Assembly (NCBI GenBank): GCA_051313645.2
Contig: JBNRSN020000006.1
Location: forward strand, 246,078,001-246,142,000
Source: Centroscyllium fabricii
Taxonomy: Eukaryota
DNA: 64,000 nucleotides
Direction of reading: 5' to 3'
Position 1 is the stretch's first letter; every line of letters starts with the position of its first letter. Positions 35,189-47,719 of this stretch are shown here, piece after piece. Position numbers and translations under genes: made by a program. The notes under the pieces were generated by a model, which was not told the origin of the DNA, searched no databases, and was given only the letters and a program-made list of their open reading frames with translations.

Positions 35189-38100
35189 ATGGAGAGCAGC
35201 GCTGTGAAACCTGAAAAGTTGGACATAAATCCATAAGAACCAGACGCCGCTAACACTTTTGAACATTGGTTCGGCCTAGTCGAGGCCTACATGACGGCCG
35301 CAAAGGCAACGAGCGACGGGGACAAACTACAGGTCCTCTCGTCCAGAATTAGTAGCCGGGTATACTCCTTCATCCGTGGCCTCACGACGTACACAGAGGC
35401 GGTGAAGAAACTGAAGGAATGCTACTTGCGCCCGGTCCACTCGGTCTATGCCAGACACGTCCTGGCGACCAGACAACAGCGGCTCGGTGAGTCAAACAAA
35501 CAATTTCTGTTGGCGCTTCAAGCCCTCGCTCGGGCCTGTGACTGCCAGCCACGAACGGCGCAGGAGGAGACGAATCTCCTCGTACGGGACGCATACGTGA
35601 CTGGAATCAGGTCCAACCAGGCCCGCCAGCGGTTACTAGAAAAGGACACTCTGTCACTGGAGGATGCGATCTCCATCTCCAATGCAGTGGACGGAGCGCG
35701 CCGCAAGCTGGAGGCGTATGGCGGCCAAGGCCCACACGTTACCCTCGATCCCTGGGCGGGCCCACGACAGGCCGAGAACCCCACAATGGCAGCGGCAGCT
35801 GCGAAGATGCCGTCGGAGCGAAGATGCTACTTCTGGGGCCAGGGACAGCACCCGCGAGCGAAGTGCCCCGCGAACAGCGTGACCTGCGAGCGATAAAGTA
35901 AGAAGGGACACTACGCCAGGGCCTGCAGATCGGCCCCAGCGCCCAGCTCCAGATCCAACAGCGCGGCCTGCGAGAGCTCCAACGCCATCCCATGGCACAA
36001 GGTAAACTGCTGTTGCAGCGCGACGCAGCAGCGGTCCGGGGGTAAATCACAGGCGCTTCTGTTTCCCATCCCTGTATGGCAGAGGCCGACCGCGGCCGGC
36101 CATGTGCGACCCCACAATGCTGCCACCTCACCCAGCGCGGTCCACTGCGTGCGAACCACGGGCGCCGACACCTCGTCCACCGCGGTCCACCGCATGCGAA
36201 TCACAGGCGCCGCCATCTTGTCCTCAGCGGCCAGCGATGTGCGACTCCCCGGCGCTGTCATCTTGCCCACCGCGGCCCGCTGCGTGCGAATCACGGGTGC
36301 CGCCATCTTGTTTCCAGTGGCCAGCCATGTGCAACCCCCCGGAGCCGCCATCTTGTCCACCGCGGTTGGCTGCGTGCGAACCACGGGTGCCGCCATCTTG
36401 TGCACGGCCCCAGCTAGCGGAGGGCCCCTACACACACACTTCAGCCTCAGCCATTGTCGACCAGGCTAGGCCGCACACCCTATCAAATTCCATGATGGGG
36501 ATTAAAGTGGACGGTCACATTACTAACTGCCTGTTCGACACCAGAAGCACAGAGAGCTTCATCCACCCCGACACAGTGCGGCGCTACGCACTGCGGACCC
36601 TGCCCACACGCTACCAAATCTCCCTTGCCTCAAAGTCCAAAAACGGCGGACGTCACCGGCTACTGCTCCGTCACGCTCACGGTCAGGGACTGCGTGTACC
36701 GTAATTTTAAACTGAACATCCTCCAGCAGTTGTGCGCCCCAGTCTTACTGGGACTGGATTTCCAGTGCCACATGAAAAGCGTGACAATGGAGTTCGGCGG
36801 GACCCTGGCCCCCCTCACCGTCAGTAGCCGGGACAATCCCTTCCTAAAGCGGAGCCCGACTTGCGGCCTATCCACCCTGAAAGTCGACCCCCCCTCGCTG
36901 TTCGCCAACCTCGACCCCAACTGCAAACCTATTGCTACCAAGAGTCGGCGTTACAGTACAGGGGACCGGACATTTATCAGGTCGGAAGTCGGGCGTATGC
37001 TGCAAGAGGGGATAATTGAGGCCAGCACCAGCCCCTGGCGGGCCCAGGTCGTAGTGGTTAAGACCAGCGAGAAACTGCGGATGGTGATTGATTACAGCCA
37101 GACAATTACAGCCACCGGGCTCGACGCCTACCCCCTTCCCGCATCTCGGATATGGTTAACCAGATCGCCCAGTATACGGTCTTTTCAACAATCGACCTTA
37201 AGTCGGCGTATCACCAACTCCCGATCCGGAAATCCGACCGCCAGTACACCGCCTTCGAGGCGAACGGTCGGCTCTACCACTTCCTCCGGGTCCCCTTCGG
37301 TGTGACCAACGGGGTGTCGGTATTCCAAAGGGAGATGGACCGCATGGTTGACCAGAACGGGTTGCAGGCCTCTTCCTCTACCTGGACAACGTGACCATCT
37401 GCGGCAATGACCAGCAGGACCACGATGCCAACCTTTCCAAATTTCTCCACACAGCGAAACGGCTCGATCTCACATACAATAACGACAAGTGTGTCTTTAG
37501 TACAGATCGGCTCGCCATCCTCGGATACGTGGTGGAAAACGGGGTCCTCGGCCCCGACCCACAGCGTATGCGTCCCGTACAGGAACTGCCCCTACCTCAC
37601 AACCCCAAAGCCCTGAGGAGATGTCTGGGATTTTTTTCCTATTACACACAATGGGTTCCCCAGTTCGCGGATAAGGCCAGGCCGCTCCTCAAGGCTGACG
37701 TCTTCCCCCTCTCGGTAGAAGCCCAAACGGCATTCGCTCTGATTAAGGAAGACATCATCAAGGCGACCATGCACGCCGTTGATGAGTCCATCCCTTTCCA
37801 GGTGGAGAGTGACGCTTCAGACTTCGCCCTTGCCGCCACCCTGAACCAGGCAGGCAGGCCCATAGCGTTTTTCTCCCGAACCCTACAGGGACCCGAAAAT
37901 CGCCACTCAGCAGTGGAAAAGGAGTCCCTGGCCATCGTGGAGGCTGTGCACTACTGGCGTCATTACCTGGCTGGTAAGCGTTTTACCCTGCTCACCGACC
38001 AACGGTCGGTCGCGTTTATGTTTAACAATAAACAAAAGGGTAAAATCAAGAATGATAAGATCCTGCGGTGGCGGATCGAACTCTCGACTTACAAGTATGA

Positions 38101-39328
38101 AATTCTTTACCGCCCAGGCAAACACAACGAACCCCCGGACGCACTGTCCAGGGGAACGTGCGCCAGCGCCCAGCTGGACCGGCTGAAGGCCCTCCACGAT
38201 CGCCTCTGCCACCCGGGTGTCACCAGACTCGGCCATTTAATAAAATCCCGTAGCCTTCCCTACTCCATCACAGAGATTAAGGCTATGACCAGAGAGTGCT
38301 CTGTCTGTGCTGAGTGCAACCCCCACTTTCACAGGCCAGACACGGACCACGTCATCAAGGCAACCCGCCCCTTTGAACGTCTGAGCGTGGACTTCAAAGG
38401 CCCCCTCCCATCCACTGACCGCAACTCGTACTTCCTCACGGTCGTGGACGAGTTCTCCCGCTTCCCCTTCACCTTCCCCTGCCCAGATATGACGAGCGCA
38501 ATGGTAATAAGACAATTCACCACGCTGTTCGCCATTTTCGGTCTCCCCAGCTACATCCATAGCGACCGGGGGTCGTCGTTCATGAGCGATGAACTGCGTC
38601 AGTTTCTGCTTCAGAAAGGGGTTGCCTCAAGCAGAACGACCAGTTACAACCCCCGGGGGAATGGCCAGGTAGAAAGGGAGAACGGGATCATCTGGAAGGC
38701 GGTCAACCTGGCCCTGAAGTCCAGAGGCCTTCCAGTTTCCCGTTGGCAGGCAGTCCTCCCAGACGCGCTCCACTCCATCTGCTCTCTGCTGTGTACGGCT
38801 ACAAACGCTACACCTCACGACCTGTTATTTTCCTTCCCCAGGAAGTCGACTTCGGGGACAGCACTCCCACCGTGGCTCACGATGCCGGGGCCGGTCTTAC
38901 TTAGAAAACATGTCCGTGGCCATAAGACCGACCCCCTGGTGGAAAAGGTGCAGCTGCTGCACGCCAACCCGCAGTATGCCTACGTGCAATTCCCGGACGG
39001 GCGCGAGGACACAGTTTCGATCAGAGACCTGGCGCCCGCCGGGAGCACTAGAGCAGAACCCCCGGTCGAGCCTCAGCCCGACCAACCACCATCCACCGAA
39101 CACTGGCCTACATACCAACCAACATCCACCGAATACTGGCCTACATACACACACACACCGGGGCCCTCGACGCTATCAGCCGACAACCCAGGGCCGGACA
39201 CCACGCTGCAGGCACTGTTGCCGGAGGACCCGACCCCATCACCACAACCGGCACCAGCGCCGCTACCGGAACCCCGGCGGTCGTCACGACAGACGCGACC
39301 ACCGGAAAGATTTATAGAACATTGCTGA
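35189..39328 (+). pseudogene. gag-pol of element D with stops and frameshifts; RNaseH-IN portion open (37391-39328)
   Basis: LFDT.S protease, SPWRAQVVVV, IDLKSAYHQ, ESDASD, SVDFKGP, HSDRG. Confidence 0.93.
36085..36410 (+). repeat. 45-bp tandem repeat, ~7 units, at the gag-protease junction of D
   Basis: CGCCATCTTG-type cores at 36211, 36256, 36301, 36346, 36391; degenerate copies at 36121 and 36166. Confidence 0.9.
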
Positions 39329-39648
39329 TACGGACACAAATTATTTTTTTTTGCACTGTTCTGTTCCATTCACCCCACCGGACTCATTCTCAAAGAAGGG
39401 GTGAATATGGTAATCATATTACCACTGTATATAGTTGTATTGTTGTTGGATTGCACCACATGACCAATGTAGATAGTTGCTTGGTGTATTGTATGTAGAA
39501 TACTGTTGTAAGGCCAGGTCAGCCACACCTCTAACTCCTCCCCTCAGGTGGGAGCCTTATAGGTGAGGTCTGCCCTGCCCCAGTCATTCTGTGCCTGATG
39601 TTCAACTGGAGTCTAGCTCCATCTTTAAGTTAATAAAAGCCTGTAGTT

Positions 39649-39884
39649 TGCAGACTGAGGTGTTAAGGTATGCTAATATGCTTGTGTGCTCTAGGGTTGG
39701 ATGTATGGGATCAAATTTCTCCCCTCCCCCATGTGTGTGATCTTTGACCTCAGTTTCTCTTTGCCTGACGAAGGGGCAGACGCTCCGAAAGCTTGTGATT
39801 TAAAATAAAACGTTGGACTTTAAACCTGGTGTTGTGTGACTTTTTGCATTTGTCCACCCCAGTCCAACACCGGCACCTCCGCAT
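39649..39884 (+). mobile_element. Penelope-like pLTR inserted in the 3' LTR of D
   Basis: 7-bp TSD TGTAGTT; same family as 10006-10304. Confidence 0.88.
39760..39800 (+). ncRNA. Minimal hammerhead ribozyme motif
   Basis: CTGACGA (39765-39771), stem GGGGC/GCTCC, GAAA (39787-39790), palindromic AAGCTT. Confidence 0.65.
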
Positions 39885-41187
39885 TGTAGTTAAGGTAACT
39901 ACTCATCTTTAGTCTTATTGACGATACGTCACTGGTTGCGTTGCAGCGGCGTTCAGGTAAGTGAGGAAGGATAGGTAATGGAGACTCTAACCGGAGGCGA
40001 TGGTTGGCCGGCGGGGAGCGATTGTTGGTCAGAGGAAGTGATGGCTGGCCGGTGGGGGAAGGGGAAGTGATCGTTAACTGGGGGGGGCAGGGGTGGTGGT
40101 GGAATTTAGCAGTGGCTGGGAGGGTGGTAGCGTTGGAAGTGGTGGGATGATAGTGTGCGTTGGGGTGCGGGGGTGGTGAATGTAGCATTGGCCTGAGAGA
40201 AGCGATCATTGGCCAGGAGAGGGGCGGGTGGGGGATAGAGCTGGTTGGGGGCAGGTGGGTGAGGGCGGGATGTAGTGTTGGCCTGGGGGAGTTATAGTTA
40301 GCTGGGGGGTGGGGGTGGGGTGGGGTGGCATTGTCCGGTGGGAGCGGGGGAGTGATTTAACAGAAATGGAACTAAACCATCGAAAATGAAATAAAGGGAG
40401 GAATTCTGCTTAGTGCTGGCAGCAGTTACGAATTCTCAGTCTGGAGGAGTGCCTTCGGTTTTTCGCACTTCCTTTCTTTACTCATATTCATTGCAGACAA
40501 ATAAACAGCAGTTGAGTGCAAGTGGACAGAAATGTTATGAATTTGTAGCAGATGGGCCTCCTCACAGCTGCTGAGCAATAATTGAAAATCTGTAATGCTT
40601 GTAAAGTCTATAATGAATGTTAATTGATTAATCGCTCTGACTGGCAGTTAATCATGGATGTTTCCATGAATGTGCGAATTGGGTATAAACATTGCCATGG
40701 GACCACTTAAAATGAGTGATAAGAAATCGATGGGAAATTGCGGGCCCTTTGGGTTTTATTAAACGGCTCATAATATTTGTCTAAGAGAGAAATTAAACAC
40801 AGATGGCCATCAGTCATTTTAATAAAGCAAAAAGTATTTGAAGTAGACTGTGTGATAAAGAGCACTGATCATTCTGAGACCCGTGTTTGACTCTAACCCA
40901 GAGAGATGGAAGGAAGATCCCCAGCCAACATTGGCCGGAATTGTTCCAGAATGGCGGGGAACTGTCGGGGATTGGTCGGGGTGGGTTTTTGGCCCGCCCG
41001 ATAAAGTGCCTGCGTTTCCCACGAGATTTTAGTCTAAGTACCCAATTAATTCCCCGCCTGCAGGAAGCCTTCTCAATCACCGATTTCCAGTCAGAAAGTC
41101 GCACAGTATGAAGTCAGAATTCGGATTTCTTTTAATGAACACGGCTCGCCTCCCGCACTGCTCAGCATTCTACAAGCCTTCAGTAGA

Positions 41188-43179
41188 ATGGCAGAGCGTG
41201 AGGGTGCTGCATCAGGCAGCGGGAGTGGACGACCCGCCCCCAAATTTGATGACGCCTCCCTCGACGCATTACTCGAGGGGGCAACGACCCATAGGGAGGT
41301 TCGATTCCCCTCCTCAGGGAGGAAGAGACCTCCCTCACAGACCAAGGCTGCATGGCAGCAGGTGGCTGGGGGGGGTCAGCTCCTTGGGCACAACACCCAA
41401 CACCTGGCTCCAGTGTCGCAAGAGATTGCATGACCTTCACCGCACGGCGAAAGTAAGTATTCATTTCCCCTCACCCTCAATCTCATCCCCCTCACCTCTC
41501 CTCACCACAACTTATCTTCACCACTCCCTTCCTCCACATCCCACTTCCCCATCACATCCAAGCAACCTTACCCATTCCCTCTCTATCTATGCTCACACTC
41601 ACGGTCCTTTCCCTCCATTCAGCCCTCACACTCCCTCTCACTCTCATGCTTGCTGCACATCTGGCACCACACAGGGAGAGCCTTTGGTCTTGCAGGCTCA
41701 CTGCATCTTTGTCACCCTCCAACAAACTTTGCTGGTCACTCGCTGCACCAACTGCTTCCTTCTCACTCAACCTCCACTTCTCTCCCTCATTGCAGGAAAA
41801 GACAGCCACCAACAAGCGGCACAGCGCCGGGACCGGAGGAGGACCCCCCACCATCCAGCAGCTCACCACCTGGGAGGAGGCTGTTCTGGACCTTGTTGGG
41901 GAGGGGCACGCCCCGGGAGTGGGTGACGGCGAGGCAGGCATGCAATGTCAAGCTGGTGACAGCATGGTTTCATTTTTTCTCTAAGAACTAACACATGAGA
42001 CTGGCACAATGAATGTAAAAGCACTGCAGAGGCAGCTCTGCTCAGCTCCTGAATGCTATCTGTATGTAACGTTGCTGACATATCTCTAACCGCTTCCTTT
42101 ACTGCCCCACAGGCCGAACCGCAGCTGGACGGCCAAGCAGAGCTGAGGACGAGGCCGCCCCTGTTCAGTCCTCAGAGGAACCTGCCACCTCTGAGGGTGC
42201 ACCGTCAGCACCACAGACTCCACCCGGCACCAGCGCAGATAATAGCACCTTGGTGGGCCCCCCTGGAGCTACATCTGATTTGTCACCGGGTGATTCACAC
42301 AACACAAGTGAGTCTCAGCAGATTGTGGAGACAGGGACAGCAGTGCAGAGTCCTAGTCGGAGGGCGCAGGACTCTGCCAGCTTAGCTGAGCTGCATGTCG
42401 ACCCAGCGCCTTTGGATCCATCAGGCAGAGGACACATGATGGGACTCCAGACACAGTTGCAGGCGTCTCTGACAGGTTTTGTCTCCCAGGTAGCTGCGAG
42501 TGTCATGCGAATGGAGGAGTCTGTCACAAGCATGAGAAGCTCCTTTGCGGAGTCAGTGGCGCATGATCGCATCACCATGGCAAGGATGGCAACCACCATG
42601 GAAAGGATAGCGACCGTGGACGAGAGGATGGCCACAGCCATTGAGCACATAAGACAGCAGTCTTTTGAAGACATGGGCACTGTCCACAATAGATTCACAT
42701 CTCTTGAGCAGCGAGTGGCATCTATTGAGCAGAGGAACCAGACCTTCGTGGAAGTCCCTCTCAGTAGGACTTCCGCTGCAGAAACGGGTCCCCATGGCCC
42801 CACTGAAGTGCAGCAAGGTGCTGTCCAGCCACTTGCTGGCGCTGAGGGGGAGGTGACCCATGAGAAGGAGGTTGGTGGTGCAGCTGAAGGAAGTGGGGGC
42901 TCCTCTCCAAGGGCTCCCACGTCCATACCACTGCAGAGCCCTCGGTCAGAGGCCCGCCGGTGTCCCCATGCACCTGAGATGGAAGTCTCATACCCTGCCC
43001 AGCCGCAGGAGCAGCAGACTGGTGGCGAGCCCCCACAGGCTCGCCGCCCCAGAGGACGACCGCCAAAGGTATCCACACAGGAGCAGCAGGGCACTCAGCA
43101 GGGGGCCTCCACATCTGCTGACACCACAGGGCCACCACCACGTAGCAGCACTCGGAAAAGAAAACTTAATCACCCTTAG
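41188..43179 (+). CDS. Harbinger Myb/SANT-like DNA-binding protein, 3 exons (41188-41452, 41796-41955, 42113-43179); one frameshift at or near the G8 run 41368-41375
   Basis: RPAPKF, AWQQVA, QCRKRLHDL, TGGG motifs; GT-AG introns keep phase; C-terminal basic NLS-like RKRK. Confidence 0.85.
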
Positions 43180-44285
43180 GCACAACGGGAGTCACTTGGG
43201 TGTTAGTGTAACAGACATTCAGGTGTCCATAGAACTGGTAAGACAGCAGACCACTCCAGGTGGCACCTGATGCAGTTGACATGTCTGACATCTTGCGAAT
43301 GGCCCTTCCACATTGAAGCCTTATGCAGGCTGGACAGCAATCGGGCAGGCCTCACAGATATGCAATGATGCAGACGCAACATGGCACAAGGACTTACAGC
43401 AAGACGCATGAGGTTCAATAACAGACTGCAGCTCAATGGTTAAGAGTGAAGGTCCTTGAAATCGGCCTACCTTCATGGTGACGCACACCAGTGAACAGAG
43501 GGACTGTATTAATGATGTGTGGTCCAAACGATGACCAGGTTAACTGAACAAACCACCTGATGTTTTCGCAACACCAGCAAACAAGCCTCAGGGCTGAACT
43601 TTAACATGAACAAAACTTTAAAGGGATGGAGGTGGGCAAAGAAAAGATGGGCCAACTGGCCAAAGTACCCATGCATCCAACATCATCTGGCTGCAGCTGG
43701 CCCCTCACAGCACCTGACCCTGATGGAATGGCCAAGGAGCCTGGTGCCAGCATGCCTCAGCTCTCACACATCAAACAAGATCAGGTGGGTGAAGACCCAC
43801 CAGACATTGTCCCTCACCGCCCTCCACAGCTCCTGCCTCATGCCCGGGTGCGCTGCCCTGAAGCATCTCCAGGATATTTGGAAACACAGCATCCCCACCC
43901 GCATAAAGAAACCCGACAGCGCCTGCATAATTTTTCTATACATGGCTGCTGCTATTCTCCGTTTTTCAAATGAAGGCGTTGACGACCTCTGGGGGATGTC
44001 CGTATCAATTGGCTGATCAGGGACCCTGATTTCACTGCGACCCCCACAGCAGAGTTGATGTTTGGTCAGAATATGTGCCACTCTTGAAAAGGGAGGGGCA
44101 CCACGTGAGAGGGGGGAACATGATTGAGAATGGATATGAACTTGCAAGCTCAAAACTGGACTGGCTGAGGTTCAGCATTGCTGATAATGACATTTTGACC
44201 ATTTAAACCTGCATGTCTGCAGCTGAGATGGCTGGGACAGCATTAATGCAGTGATTCATAAGTGCTGGTCATCACTTGAACAGCC

Positions 44286-46068
44286 ATAGAAACATAGAAA
44301 CATAGAAGATCGGAGCAGGAGTAGGCCATTCAGCCCCTCGAGCCTGCTCCGCCATTCAATGAGATCATGGCTGATCATCCAAACTCAGTACCCTGTCCCT
44401 GCCTTCTCCCCATATCCCTTGATCTCTCTAGCCTTAAGAAATACATCCAGCTCCTTCTTGAATATATTCAATGAACTAGCCTCCACCGCCCTCTGTGGTA
44501 GAGAATTCCACAGGTTCACCACTCTCTGGGTGAAGAAATTCCTCCTCATCTCAGTCCTAAATGAGTTACCCCTTATCCTCAGACTATGACCCCTGGTTCT
44601 GGACTCTCCGACCATTGGGAACATTCTTTCTGCATCAAGTTTTTACAGACCAGTTAGAATTTTATACGTTTCGATGCGATCCCCTCTCAATCTTCTAAAC
44701 TCCAGAGAGTACAAACCCAGTCTACCCAGTCTCTCCTCATATGTCAATCCTGCCATCCCAGGTATCAGCCTGGTGAATCTCCTCTGCACTCCCTCCATGG
44801 CAAGAACGTCCTTCCTTAGATAAGGAGACCAAAACTGCACACAGTACTCAAGGTGTGGTCTCACCAAGGCCCTGTACAACTGCAGCAAGACCTCCCTGTT
44901 CCTGTACTCGAACCCTTTCGCTATGAAGGCCAACATACCATTTGCCTTCTTAACCGCCTGCTGCACCTGCATGCTCACCTTCAGTGACTGGTGCACCAGG
45001 ACACCTAGGTCTCGTTGTACTTCCCCTTTTCCCAATCTATTGCCATTCAGATAATAGTTGGCATTTCTGTTTTTTCCCCCAAAGTGGATAACCTCGCATT
45101 TATCCACATTATACTGCATCTGCCATGTCCCAGCCCACTCGCCCAACCTGTCCAAATCATCCTGGAGCTTCCTGGTATCCTTCTCACAGCACACACGCCC
45201 TCCCAGCTTTGTGTCATCTGCAAACTTGGAGACATTACATTTAGTTCCCTTTTCTAAATCATTAATGTATATTGTGAATAGCTGGGGTCCCAGGACTGAT
45301 CCCTGCGGTACCCCACTAGTCACTGCCTGCCACTCGGAAAAAGACCCATTCTCTCCCACTCTCTGCTTTCTGTCCGCCAACCAATTCTCAATCCAAGTCA
45401 ATACCTTGCCCCCAATCCCATGTGCCCTAACTTTATATGCTAATCTCTTGTGCGGGACCTTGTCGAACGCCTTCTGAAAGTCCAAGTACACCACATCTAC
45501 TGGTTCTCCCTGATCAATTTTCCCAGTTACATCCTCAAAAAATTCCAGTAGATTAGTCAAGCACGATTTACCTTTTGTAAATCCATGTTGACTTTTCCTG
45601 ATCCTGCCGCTGATTTTCAAGTGCTCAGCTATTATATTCTTTATTATGGACTCCAGCATCTTCCCCACTACCGATGTCAGGCTTACTGGTCTGTAATTTC
45701 CCGCTTTCTCCCTACCACCCTTCTTGAATAGTGGGGTAACATTAGCCACCCTCCAATCCATGGGTACAATTCCAGATTCCATCGATTGCTGGAAGATAAT
45801 CAGTAATGCATCCACTATTTCTAGGGCCACTTCCTTAAGTACACTAGGATGTAGATTATCAGGCCCTGGGGATTTATCGGCCTTTAATCCCATCAATTTC
45901 CCTAACACCATTTCCCTGCAAATACGGATATCCTTCAGTTCCTCCCCTTCATCAAACCTTATGTTCCCCAATATCTCTGGGAGGTTACTTGTGTCCTCCT
46001 TTGTGAAGACAGAGCCAAAATATGCATTTAATTGGTCTGCCATTTCTTTGTTCCCCATTATCACTTCC
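44286..46068 (-). mobile_element. Young CR1 (HER1-like) LINE, 5'-truncated
   Basis: Long open RT frame with one small lesion near 44643; (TTTCTATG)n tail. Confidence 0.97.
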
Positions 46069-46418
46069 CATGCATGTGGCCATGTTTGCTTAATGTCGTT
46101 ATTAAACAGCATGTTGCAGTTGCAACCTTTATTGTTGCTGTGTTCATTATTGCATGTGATGGATGGATGGATGTTTGGATGGGACCATGTGCATCAAAGA
46201 AAGGTGTGGTGCATCAGGGGCGTGGGTGCATGCGCGAGCGCAGAAAGCAGTCACAGGCACTTGGCAGCCCCAGAAGCACACTCCCCCACCACCACCCCCA
46301 CCCAGATGCCGTTACAGTAGTGGGACTCATGCAGGTATGAGCTGTGGAACTGATTGGAGTGTGTCAGTGAGGATGCGCTGTTAGGATGAGGAGAGTAGCA
46401 CAAGCTGGCTTGATTAGG

Positions 46419-47719
46419 CTAAGAAAATCTTGCAAGGATGAGCTCCATCGTTGCTTGCCGGCCAGCAACGTTCTCGCGTAATGGTGGCGCTGGCTGGGGT
46501 CGAGCGGCAGCAACCCCGTCCTCTTCCTCCTCATCCTCCTCTTCCTCCTCCTCCTCCTCCTCTTCCTCCTCCTCCTCCTCTTCCTCCTCCTCCTCCTCCT
46601 CATCTGAGGACAGTATGCGAGGAGGCAGGTCTTGGTCAGGAGGTTGCAAGCCACGTCGCTGGGCCATGTTGTGAAGTTGACAGCAAACCACTACCATTCT
46701 GGAGACCCTGGCTGGGGAGTATTGCAGGGCTCCACCTGATCTGTCCAAGCATCTGAAACACATCTTGAGCAAGCCGATGGTGTGCTCTATAATGCTTCTG
46801 GTGGAGATGTGTGTGGAGTTGTAGTTCTCCTCAGCCTCATTGGCTGGCCTCCTGACCGGCGTCATGAGCCAAGTCCTGAGGGGATAGCCCTTGTCTCCAA
46901 GTAGCCACCCCGGAAGCTGGTCCGGCGGTGTGAAGAGCGTAGGCAAGGTTGATTGGCGCAGGACAAGGGAGTCATGGCAGCTGCCAGGGTACCTGGCACA
47001 CACATGCAAAATCTCCTTGTTGTGGTCACACACCAGTTGAACATTGAGTGAATGGAAGCCCTTGCGGTTGAGAAAAGCTACTGGGTTGTCATTGGGTGCC
47101 CTAAGGGCCACATGTGTGCAGTCAATGATGCCCTGCACCCTTGGGAAGCCTGCCAGACGAGCTATTCCAATCGCTCGGGCCCTCACACTTCCGCGATCCA
47201 TGGTAAAATGGATGAAATTGTGGGCGTGGGCAAAGAGGGCATCGGTTACCTGGGTGATGCAGGAGTGTGCGGCCGACTGGGAGATTCGGCTGATGTCGGC
47301 TGCTGATCCCTGGAATGGGCCAGAGGCAAAGAAGTTGAGTGCGCTGGTGACTTTGAGGGCCACTGGTAATGCATGTCTACCTGGTGTTCTGGGCTCCAGC
47401 TCTTGCTGCAGCGTGGCGCAGATGCCTCTCGGGAAAGTCGGAATCGCCTTTGGCACCGCCGCTCACTCATGTTGAGGTACGTGGCTCGGACTCTGTAGAC
47501 CCTATTTGAGGGGTATCTTCTGCGGTGACGGCCTTCGATGCACCGATGCCTTCTGGCCCATGCTGCCCCCGGAGGGTCCGCAGGAGCGCCAGGCTCCTGG
47601 TGTGGCTGCTGCTGGTGAGGTGGCTGCTGGTGTGGCTGCTGCTGTTGCTGTTGTAGCTGCATCTGCTCCTGGTAGAGATCATGTAATCCCAAGAAGGGAA
47701 GGAAGAAAATGGCTCCCAT
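46419..47719 (-). pseudogene. Harbinger DDE transposase; frameshift/deletion near 47415-47430; poly-Q N-terminus, poly-E C-terminus
   Basis: [29 protein letters not shown]. Confidence 0.95.

Larger units (their letters stand above)
34897..39931 (+). mobile_element. Full-length Mag-like gypsy element lacking a tRNA PBS (element D)
   Basis: LTRs 34897-35167 and 39406-39931 (interrupted); PPT AAAGAAGGGGTGAA; TSD CTGCT/CTGGT; two CCHC-type knuckles. Confidence 0.95.

Noticed and set aside
36085-36410. CRISPR-like array
   Set aside because: Units are whole tandem copies without unique spacers, inside a eukaryotic retrotransposon, with no cas genes
38990-39328. Chromodomain or env after the integrase of D
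   Set aside because: Only a Pro/Thr-rich linker with a short duplication and the usual RRS.R..RPP.R tail
39990-40355. G-quadruplex regulatory element
   Set aside because: G-rich low-complexity sequence resembling MITE interiors elsewhere in the window; no independent support
46069-46112. N-terminus of the 489-aa ORF as a novel fusion protein
   Set aside because: Chance read-in from Harbinger spacer sequence into a 5'-truncated CR1
41188-47719. Domesticated host genes HARBI1/NAIF1
   Set aside because: Terminal repeats, flanking duplication, lesions and a second degenerate relative in the window indicate a transposon
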